Below are positions 25,556-32,000 of a DNA stretch of 32,000 nt, in pieces. Source of the DNA: Bifidobacterium longum subsp. longum JCM 1217 (GTDB lineage: Bacteria; Actinomycetota; Actinomycetes; Actinomycetales; Bifidobacteriaceae); NCBI RefSeq assembly GCF_000196555.1, contig NC_015067.1, positions 570,001-602,000 on the forward strand, given 5' to 3'. Positions within the stretch are counted from its first letter, which is position 1, and each line of letters starts with the position of its first letter. The position numbers and the translations under genes were made by a program. The notes below the pieces were generated by a model that ran no database searches, was not told the DNA's origin, and saw only the letters and a list, made by a program, of their open reading frames with translations.

Positions 25556-26695
25556 TCACCGTGGCCGGCGGAACGCGCGGTCGCCGATTGGGGCGAATGG
25601 CTTGTGTGGTTCGCTTTGGTACCAGTAGGCGACCGTGGCCACGTCGTCCTGTCGTTCGAAGTTGCCGGCTTCCTCGGTGCCGATCTGCTGCCATTCGACG
25701 CGCAGGTCTCGCTCGAAGTAGATCGGGTCGGGGATGTGCCAACGGTATAGGCCGCGGGTCACGGGGGTGGCAGTGTCCCAGTAGGCGCTTTCGCGTCCGG
25801 CGAGGTTCTGCGAGTAGAACGGGAAGCCGAGGTATGGGCCGGTGAAGGTGCGCTCGTGCATGCGGCCGTGTTCGTCGAATTCGGCGAAGCTCCAGGCACC
25901 GCCGAAGTAGTCCTCGGCGCCGGTGCTGCACCAGGTGGGGTATTTGCCGTCGCCGTCGATGTAGAACTTGAATTCGCCTTCGCCCCACCAGCGGCTTTCG
26001 AGCGCGGTGAGCGCCAGGTAGGTGCCGACGTAGGTGCCGTGTCCTTCGACGCCATCGAGCACCACGTAGTCGTGGGCGAGTTCGGTGACGCGTTGGCGGC
26101 GCCACTGCGCGTGGAAGCGCATCGTGTCGGCCGGCAGCTGGTCGTATTCGGTGTAGTCGATTTGGTAGAAGAACGCGGGCACGTCCTCGTTGTGGTCGTT
26201 GCGCAGCACGATGCGCGCGTGTTCGAACGGCATGGCGAAGTAGCAGTTGAAGCCCCGGTTCGGGTTGACCATGACGGGAATTGAGTTGATGGTGCAGGAC
26301 TGGGCGTGTCCGCAGCAGAAGAAGTCGCCGATCGGGCATTGCACCGAGGGGGAGTCCTCGCCGTCCCAGTAGAATTCCAGGATCAGGTTGCGTAGCACGT
26401 CGGGGCCGGTGGGGGAGGTGCGGTCGGTTACCGTCATCCAGATGTGACGAATCACGCCGGGGTCCTCGACGTCCATCAATGTCACCGATTCCCCGGACCT
26501 CACCGTGCTGATGCAGGGGCTTCCCTTGCGGGAGGGGCCCAACGCGCTGGCCGCCATGGCCGCGCGGCCCTTGCCGCCGTCCGGGTTTTCGGCGTTGATG
26601 CAGCGGGTGCGGCCGGGGGTCCTCATGGCCACGGCATCCAAGGCGCCTTGTCCGAGCCCCGGCGCGGGGTTCGCTGTGGTGAATGCGTCGAGCAT
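25556..26695 (-). CDS. DUF2961-domain protein (CAZy GH172-type glycoside hydrolase family)
   Basis: 379 aa with an AGGAAAGGAAG RBS and no signal peptide. IRHIWMTV, EFYWDGE, PIGDFF, NCYFAMPF, WWGEGEFKFYIDGD and GAEDYFGGAW match the jelly-roll DUF2961 pattern as I recall it. Confidence 0.85.
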   Translation of the reverse strand: MLDAFTTANPAPGLGQGALDAVAMRTPGRTRCINAENPDGGKGRAAMAASALGPSRKGSPCISTVRSGESVTLMDVEDPGVIRHIWMTVTDRTSPTGPDVLRNLILEFYWDGEDSPSVQCPIGDFFCCGHAQSCTINSIPVMVNPNRGFNCYFAMPFEHARIVLRNDHNEDVPAFFYQIDYTEYDQLPADTMRFHAQWRRQRVTELAHDYVVLDGVEGHGTYVGTYLALTALESRWWGEGEFKFYIDGDGKYPTWCSTGAEDYFGGAWSFAEFDEHGRMHERTFTGPYLGFPFYSQNLAGRESAYWDTATPVTRGLYRWHIPDPIYFERDLRVEWQQIGTEEAGNFERQDDVATVAYWYQSEPHKPFAPIGDRAFRRPR

Positions 26696-26757
26696 GATGC
26701 TTACTTCCTTTCCTGTCGCAGGCCCGTCCCGCCACGGCGTTTTGTCTGGGGGGCGGG

Positions 26758-28144
26758 TTCTAGTGATCGTTGCAACACCTGACCTACCGCAAGGAGGGTC
26801 AGGTGACCAGAAGCCACCGAAACGAAGACCGTGGCGGGGAACACCGTTGGACGTTCAACGGCGTCGAATATCCGACGAGGAAGCTGATGTGCGAGGCGAG
26901 ACGCGCCGAGTACGTGCGCCTGCTGGACGAGGAAGGCATGAACTTCACCCAGGCCGCGCACGCGGTCGGCGTCTCGAAACGCACCGGCAAGGCGTGGCGC
27001 AACGGCAGGACGCGCGCCACGGGAAGGAACGAGAAACCCCTGGTGGACTGGTATCGTTCCACCATGGACAAACCCAAGACCCTCCATCCGCGCTACCTGA
27101 GCCAGGAGGAGCGCATCCAGATCGCGGACCGTCTGCGTCTGGGCGATTCGATCCGCGCCATCGCCCGCCTGCTGGGCCGCGACCCCGGCACGGTCAGCCG
27201 CGAGGTCGAGCGCAACAGGAATCCCGAGTCCGGCGGTTACGAGCCTTACCGCGCCCAGCAGAAGGCCGCGGACCGGCTCAAACGCCCCAAACCGCGCAAG
27301 GCGGCCGAGGGCACGCGACTGTGGGACGAGATCGCCGCCGGGTTGCGCAGGCATTGGAGCCCGGAGCAGATAGCCAACCGGCTGAGGCTGGACTTCCCGG
27401 ATAATGGGGATATGCACGCGAGCGTCGAGACGATCTACCAGGCCATCTACCTGCAGGCCAGGGGCGAACTCAAGCAGGAGCTGAAACGCGCCATGAGGCA
27501 GGGGCGAACCGCCCGCAGACCCCAAGGCGGCCAAGGCCGCAAACCCCGTTTCCGCGAACCCATGGCCATGATCTCGGAGCGACCCCCGGAGATCGAGGAC
27601 CGGGCGGTCCCGGGCCACTGGGAGGGCGATCTCATCACCGGCAGCCGCAACAAAAGCGCCATCGGCACGCTCGTCGAGCGCACCACCAGGTTCACGATCC
27701 TGCTGCACCTGCCCGACGGGCACGACGCCGAACACGTCCAGCAGGCCATCATCGACAAGATGCAGCACCTGCCCAAACTCCTGCGCAACAGCCTGACCTG
27801 GGACCAGGGAGCGGAACTCGCCCTGCACAAACGGATCGGCGCCTCGCTGGACATGGCCGTCTACTTCTGCGACCCGCACTCCCCGTGGCAGCGCGGCACC
27901 AACGAGAACACCAACGGGCTCCTGCGCCAGTACTTCCCCAAAGGCACCGACCTATCCGTCTACCCGGAGGACTACCTCGACGCGGTCGCCGAGGAACTCA
28001 ACGACCGGCCACGCAAAACCCTCGGGTTCATGAAACCAAGCGAGAAGATCATCGAACTGCTCGACGCCGCGTGATAACCTCAACAACCGACAACGTGACC
28101 ATGGAAGGCCGCTCAAACCTCAGGTGTTGCAACCACCACTAGAA
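26758..28144 (+). mobile_element. Intact IS30-family insertion sequence (1387 bp)
   Basis: Terminal inverted repeats TTCTAGTGATCGTTGCAACACCTGA (26758-26782) and TCAGGTGTTGCAACCACCACTAGAA (28120-28144) are 23/25 complementary and enclose a single transposase gene. Confidence 0.92.
26803..28074 (+). CDS. IS30-family DDE transposase
   Basis: GTG 26803 lies 5 nt after AAGGAGG. N-terminal HTH, plus the hallmarks GHWEGDLI, LTWDQGAELALH and FCDPHSPWQRGTNENTNGLLRQYFPKGTDLS. Confidence 0.93.
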   Translation: MTRSHRNEDRGGEHRWTFNGVEYPTRKLMCEARRAEYVRLLDEEGMNFTQAAHAVGVSKRTGKAWRNGRTRATGRNEKPLVDWYRSTMDKPKTLHPRYLSQEERIQIADRLRLGDSIRAIARLLGRDPGTVSREVERNRNPESGGYEPYRAQQKAADRLKRPKPRKAAEGTRLWDEIAAGLRRHWSPEQIANRLRLDFPDNGDMHASVETIYQAIYLQARGELKQELKRAMRQGRTARRPQGGQGRKPRFREPMAMISERPPEIEDRAVPGHWEGDLITGSRNKSAIGTLVERTTRFTILLHLPDGHDAEHVQQAIIDKMQHLPKLLRNSLTWDQGAELALHKRIGASLDMAVYFCDPHSPWQRGTNENTNGLLRQYFPKGTDLSVYPEDYLDAVAEELNDRPRKTLGFMKPSEKIIELLDAA

Positions 28145-28299
28145 TCTGCCGGGTGAGCCGGGCTGCTGGGGGGGGTATTTCACGGCACCGGCGGTGATGC
28201 CCTGGGAGAGCTTGCGCTGGGGTAGTGCCCGATATCTTGCGCACTTTGGTCTTCGCCCGTCCCTGTGGCGATGATCGGTTCGCTTCCCGTACAGTCTCA

Positions 28300-28566
28300 C
28301 CGAGTCTTGACATGTCGAGGTAGCGGCGCGTCGACCACTCGTTCGACGTGACATAGCGCACGCGTGCGCAGACGAGCATCAACGCGCTGCGTTCGTCGGG
28401 GAAGCTGCCGACCATGCGCGTGCGCCGTCTGACCTCGCGGTTGCGGGGGTGACCCTGGCGAGGACGTTGCGTTCGAAGTGCACCATGCACCGCTGGTAGC
28501 GGGCATCGCGTTCAAGGTCTCCTTGACGCTCTTGCGGACCATACGGTCCAGGGTGGTCTCCGACAT
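28300..28566 (-). pseudogene. Decayed IS256-family (mutator-type) transposase remnant with internal deletions and frameshifts
   Basis: Three reading frames on the minus strand carry pieces of one protein. They are the N-terminal MSETTLDRMVRKSVKETLNAM, the middle DARYQRCMVHFERNVLARVTP, and the C-terminal NREVRRRTRMVGSFPDERSALMLVCARVRYVTSNEWSTRRYLDM. Most of the ~400-aa protein is missing. Boundaries are approximate. Confidence 0.7.
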
Positions 28567-28580
28567 GGCCTCATATCGCA

Positions 28581-28617
28581 AAAACCGTACGCTGAAAGTA
28601 ACTCAGCGTACGGTTTT
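28581..28617. terminator. Bidirectional rho-independent terminator downstream of the amino-acid permease
   Basis: AAAACCGTACGCTGA-AAGTAAC-TCAGCGTACGGTTTT, a 12-bp GC-rich stem extended by A/T pairs. On the minus strand it follows the permease stop by ~50 nt. Confidence 0.8.
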
Positions 28618-28663
28618 CACGAAAGCAGCCATCGGCTATCGGTCAGCCGATAGACCTCAGTCC

Positions 28664-30124
28664 TCAGTCCTCAGTCGCAGCGACCTTGGCGTCAGCCCCG
28701 GCCTTCTGCTCAAGGCCGAGCTTGGAGCGCTTGCGGCTGTAGCCGAAGTACACGATCAGGCCCAGACCGAACCAGACGGCGAAACGCACCCAGGTCTCCC
28801 AGTTGAGACCGGCGATGAGCACGAAGCAGAATACGATGGCCAGAATCGGGGTGACCGGCACGCCCGGCGCGCGGAAGCCGCGGGGCGCATTCGGCTGGGT
28901 CTTGCGCATCCATAGAATACCGGCCGACACGATGATGAACGCGGACAGCGTACCGATGTTCACCAGCTCGAACAGCACGTTGATGTTGATGAAGCCGCCG
29001 GCGAACGCGGTCAGCAGACCGAAGAACCAGGTGCCCTTGAACGGGGTACGGTACTTCTCGTGCACGTGGCCGAAGAACTTCGGGAACAGGCCGTCACGGC
29101 TCATGGCGTAGCAGATACGGGATTGGCCGTACAGCTGCACGAGCATCACCGTGGTCATGCCGATGAGGGCGCCCAGGTTCACGATCACCGCGAGCCAGTT
29201 CATGCCGGTCTCCAGAATCACGCCGGCCACCGGGGCGTCGATGTACTTGGCGAACTCCTTGTAGGGCACCACGCCGGTCATGATCAGGGTCATGATGACG
29301 TAGAGCACGGTGGAAACGGCCAGGGACAGCAGAATGCCGCGCGGCAGCGTCTTGTTCGGGTTGATGGTCTCCTCAGCGGAAGAGGACACGGCATCGAAGC
29401 CGATGAAGCTGAAGAACACGATGGAAGCGGCCGGCACGATGCCGTACGGCTGGGTGGAGCCGGGCTGGAAAGTGTAGATGCCGTACGGGGAGAACGGCTG
29501 CCAGTTGGACGGCTTGACATACCACACGGCGCACACGATGAACAGCACGATGATGGCGAGCTTGATGAGCACCATCACGTCATTGGTGCGCTTGGTCTGG
29601 TTGATGCCGATCGAGAGCACCCACGTGATGATCAGCACGATGACGAAACCGGGCAGGTTGAAGTAGGTGGTGACGTCCGGGTTGGTGCCGTAGGCGGCGG
29701 TCAGTTCGACCGGCAAATGCAGGCCGAAGCCTTCCAGCAGCTTGTTGAAGTAGCCCGACCAGCCGGCGGACACGGTGGCCGCCTGCAGGGCGTACTCCAG
29801 AATCAGGTCCCAGCCGATGACGAAGGCGATGAGCTCGCCGAACGCCAGATAGGCATAGGAGTAGGCCGAGCCGGAAACCGGCGCCATGGCGGCGAACTCG
29901 GCGTAGCACAGGCCGGCAAAACCGCAGCAGACGGCGGCCAGCAGGAACGATACGGACAGGGCCGGGCCGGCGGTCAGCGCGCCCTTACCGGTGAGCACGA
30001 AGATACCAGTGCCGATGATCGCGCCGATGCCGAGCATCGTCAGATCGAAGGTGCGCATCGTGCGCTTCAGGGGAGTGGATTCGGCGACAAGCTGATCCAC
30101 GCTTTTCTTACGAAACAGATCCAT
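28664..30124 (-). CDS. APC-superfamily amino-acid permease (cationic amino-acid transporter-like)
   Basis: 486 aa, about 12 hydrophobic spans. The N-terminal region LKRTMRTFDLTMLGIGAIIGTGIFVLTG and APVSGSAYSYAY are typical of the family. Confidence 0.92.
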   Translation of the reverse strand: MDLFRKKSVDQLVAESTPLKRTMRTFDLTMLGIGAIIGTGIFVLTGKGALTAGPALSVSFLLAAVCCGFAGLCYAEFAAMAPVSGSAYSYAYLAFGELIAFVIGWDLILEYALQAATVSAGWSGYFNKLLEGFGLHLPVELTAAYGTNPDVTTYFNLPGFVIVLIITWVLSIGINQTKRTNDVMVLIKLAIIVLFIVCAVWYVKPSNWQPFSPYGIYTFQPGSTQPYGIVPAASIVFFSFIGFDAVSSSAEETINPNKTLPRGILLSLAVSTVLYVIMTLIMTGVVPYKEFAKYIDAPVAGVILETGMNWLAVIVNLGALIGMTTVMLVQLYGQSRICYAMSRDGLFPKFFGHVHEKYRTPFKGTWFFGLLTAFAGGFININVLFELVNIGTLSAFIIVSAGILWMRKTQPNAPRGFRAPGVPVTPILAIVFCFVLIAGLNWETWVRFAVWFGLGLIVYFGYSRKRSKLGLEQKAGADAKVAATED

Positions 30125-30312
30125 GTTCTTCTCTCATGAAATCTAGGATTATGGGGCTGAACCGGACGGATTTCCGGGATCCCGGCACGCCTCAACGCCG
30201 GGAATCAAAGGCGGCTTCCGAGAAACCGCATATCGGTCATTAGTGTACGACTGCCGGGCGAAAACAGACGATTGCGACTACACGTCACATTCTCGCGCAA
30301 CAATAGGTGTCT

Positions 30313-31671
30313 ATGAGCATGAACGCAGCACCTGAAATCGCATTCTCGTCCGAGCAGGGCAAGGCCAACTATGCGGCCGCCCGCCGCCAATACCCCGCAC
30401 AGGCCATCGTGGACCTCAAAACCATGCGCGACAACATGGCCCACCTGGTCTCCGTGGTCGGCGGGCCCGCTTCCGGCACGGCGGTGATGGGTGTGGTCAA
30501 GGCCGACGCCTACGGCCACGGACTGCTGCCCGCCGCCCTGGCCGCGCTCGCCGGCGGCGCCACATGGCTCGGCACCGCGCAGTCGCACGAAGCGTTGCTG
30601 CTGCGCAAGCTCGGCATCGGCCCCGACCGTTGCCGCATTCTGACTTGGGTCTACAACGGCACCGAAGTGCCATTTGATGAGCTGATCGCCGCCGACATCG
30701 ACGTATCGGTCGGCTCCCTGCCCGGCATCGACGCGGTGGCCGCCGCCGCACGCAGGCTCGGCAAGCCCGCCCGCGTACACGTCAAGGTCGATTCCGGCTT
30801 CGGTCGCAACGGTTTCACGCCGGCCGGATTCGACGCCGCGCTCGCCAAACTCGTGCCGCTCGCCAAAGGGGGCGTGTTGCATATTGTGGGTCAGTGGAGC
30901 CATCTCGCCGTGGCCGATTCGCCCGATGTGCCCGAATTCGTGTCCTCCACCGACCGCCAGATCGAAACATTCAAGGACTTCACGCGCCGCATGGAACAGG
31001 CCGGCATTCCGCCGGAGATCCGTCACCTGGCCAACACGGCGGCCACTTTGGACCGCCCGGAGATTCACTTCGAACTTACCCGCCCCGGCATCGGCCTGTA
31101 CGGCTACGAGCCCGATCCCGCGATGGGCACCCCGCGCGACTGGCATCTGACCCCGGCCATGCGCCTGCAGGCGCAGCTCGGCACGGTCAAGGATGTGGAG
31201 GCCGGCCATGGCATCTCTTATGGCCGCACCTACCTGACCCCGGACAACACCTCGACCGCTATTGTGCCGCTGGGCTACGCCGATGGCATCCACCGCTCCG
31301 CTTCCGGTTTCGATATGGAAGGTGCCAAGCACGTGGAGAAGCCGGGCGGCCCGGTGCGCATCATGACCACTGAAGGTCCGAAGCTCTACCGCGTGTGCGG
31401 CCGCGTGTGCATGGACCAGTTCATCGTGGACCTGCACGGATCCGCCGCCGAACTCGGCGTTCACGAGGGCGACACGGTCGAACTGTTCGGCCCGGGCCGC
31501 GGCGAGGATTACGTTGAGCCTACCGCCGACGATTGGGCCCGCGCCGCCGACACCATCAGCTACGAGATCTTCACCTGCCTGCGCAACCGCATCCCGCGCC
31601 TTTACGAGCATGCCGCCGAAGTACTGCCCGCCGCCGACCTCGCCAAACTCGACCCCGCGACGCTGCTATAA
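30313..31671 (+). CDS. alr: Alanine racemase
   Basis: PLP-lysine motif MGVVKADAYGHG, plus SYGRTY, VPLGYADG and CMDQFIVDL. The start is ambiguous among GTG 30307, ATG 30313 and ATG 30319. Confidence 0.93.
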   Translation: MSMNAAPEIAFSSEQGKANYAAARRQYPAQAIVDLKTMRDNMAHLVSVVGGPASGTAVMGVVKADAYGHGLLPAALAALAGGATWLGTAQSHEALLLRKLGIGPDRCRILTWVYNGTEVPFDELIAADIDVSVGSLPGIDAVAAAARRLGKPARVHVKVDSGFGRNGFTPAGFDAALAKLVPLAKGGVLHIVGQWSHLAVADSPDVPEFVSSTDRQIETFKDFTRRMEQAGIPPEIRHLANTAATLDRPEIHFELTRPGIGLYGYEPDPAMGTPRDWHLTPAMRLQAQLGTVKDVEAGHGISYGRTYLTPDNTSTAIVPLGYADGIHRSASGFDMEGAKHVEKPGGPVRIMTTEGPKLYRVCGRVCMDQFIVDLHGSAAELGVHEGDTVELFGPGRGEDYVEPTADDWARAADTISYEIFTCLRNRIPRLYEHAAEVLPAADLAKLDPATLL

Positions 31672-31700
31672 GGTGCATTAACGCCATACGGTGGCACCCC

Positions 31701-31832
31701 GTAATCCCTTCTTCCCGAATATGTGCCACTGATATGTGCTGAGCGTCACATATTCGGGAAATCGGCCCCAATCTCCCGAATATGTGCCGTTGAGTTGACG
31801 TCAGTGGCACATATTCGGGAAGTCGGGATTAC
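31701..31832. repeat. Composite element: four copies of a TTCCCGAATATGTGCC(A) motif in alternating orientation, bracketed by GTAATCCC / GGGATTAC
   Basis: Copies lie at 31712-31732 (forward), 31745-31760 (reverse), 31774-31789 (forward) and 31801-31821 (reverse). Copies 1 and 4 are exact 21-nt reverse complements. Located between alr and the dGTPase-like gene. Confidence 0.75.
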
Positions 31833-31863
31833 TGCGGCCGATATGTGTGCCTATGCTTGGCAT

Positions 31864-32000
31864 ATGGAAACGACTTTGGATGGGGAACAGGTGCTGAGCG
31901 ACGAGGGCTACAGCGCCTTCGACGAGGAGCGATGGGCACCCGAGCCGCCCAAATCCAAGTCACGCACTGCGTTCGAGCGCGATCGCGCGCGACTGATTCA
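31864..32000 (+). CDS. dgt: dGTP triphosphohydrolase-like HD-domain protein, N-terminal end (runs off the window)
   Basis: METTLDGEQVLSDEGYSAFDEERWAPEPPKSKSRTAFERDRARLI; the RTxFxRDRARLIH segment is the conserved N-terminal motif of Dgt-family proteins. Confidence 0.7.
   Translation, partial: METTLDGEQVLSDEGYSAFDEERWAPEPPKSKSRTAFERDRARLI

Noticed and set aside
25315-25845. 176-aa Arg-rich plus-strand ORF spanning the GNAT to DUF2961 spacer
   Set aside because: It runs through two terminator hairpins and then antisense into the DUF2961 gene, and its composition is typical of shadow frames. The only credible coding signal in the spacer is the 30-codon signal-peptide ORF in a different frame.
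26745-28176. G-runs on both sides of IS30 (CTGGGGGG at 26746-26753 and CTGGGGGGGG at 28166-28175) as a possible target duplication
   Set aside because: They lie at different distances from the two inverted repeats (4 nt versus 21 nt) and are longer than the 2-3 bp duplications expected for IS30-family elements. They are probably coincidental GC-rich sequence.
30125-30312. Riboswitch (for example lysine) in the amino-acid permease leader, and the 12-bp palindrome CCGGGATCCCGG at 30174-30185
   Set aside because: The ~180-nt divergent spacer shows no lysine-riboswitch core motifs. The palindrome is short and GC-rich, so it is plausible by chance in this genome and there is no supporting context.
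31571-31810. 79-aa minus-strand ORF downstream of alr
   Set aside because: It overlaps the alr 3' end and is otherwise a read-through of the four-copy inverted repeat element, with no RBS.

Overview
High-GC (roughly 60%) actinobacterial chromosome. Protein sequences and gene order look like Bifidobacterium, most likely the B. longum group; this is recognition only, no search was run. The window is gene-dense and mostly core or saccharolytic metabolism. Left to right: (i) a glycan-utilisation locus at 1-11108, with two ABC sugar permeases, a GH42 beta-galactosidase, a LacI repressor, an inverted GH51 alpha-L-arabinofuranosidase and three tandem paralogous sugar-binding lipoproteins. (ii) coaX. 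(iii) A five-gene Opp/Dpp-type peptide ABC importer at 12064-17190. (iv) A ~480-bp repeat-rich leader, then cystathionine beta-synthase-like and cystathionine gamma-lyase/synthase-like genes. (v) An L,D-transpeptidase, recQ, luxS and a GNAT acetyltransferase. (vi) The only clearly accessory patch, at 25.3-28.6 kb: a 30-codon lipoprotein-signal micro-ORF, an orphan DUF2961/GH172 gene, an intact IS30-family element with 25-bp terminal inverted repeats, and a decayed IS256-family transposase remnant. (vii) An APC amino-acid permease, alr and the start of a dGTPase-like gene. I found no rRNA, tRNA, CRISPR, prophage, or recognisable defence or biosynthetic cluster, and no convincing wholly novel multi-gene system. 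The items most worth a second look are the one-translocon/three-receptor sugar locus with its candidate operators, the GCTCCC...GGGAGC hairpin repeat family (one copy supplies the 3' end of a CDS), the four-copy alternating repeat after alr, the orphan GH172 gene cut off from its upstream region by IS30, and the micro-lipoprotein ORF. Many long ORFs in the supplied track are antisense shadows of real genes, as expected from GC-rich codon bias, and were rejected.
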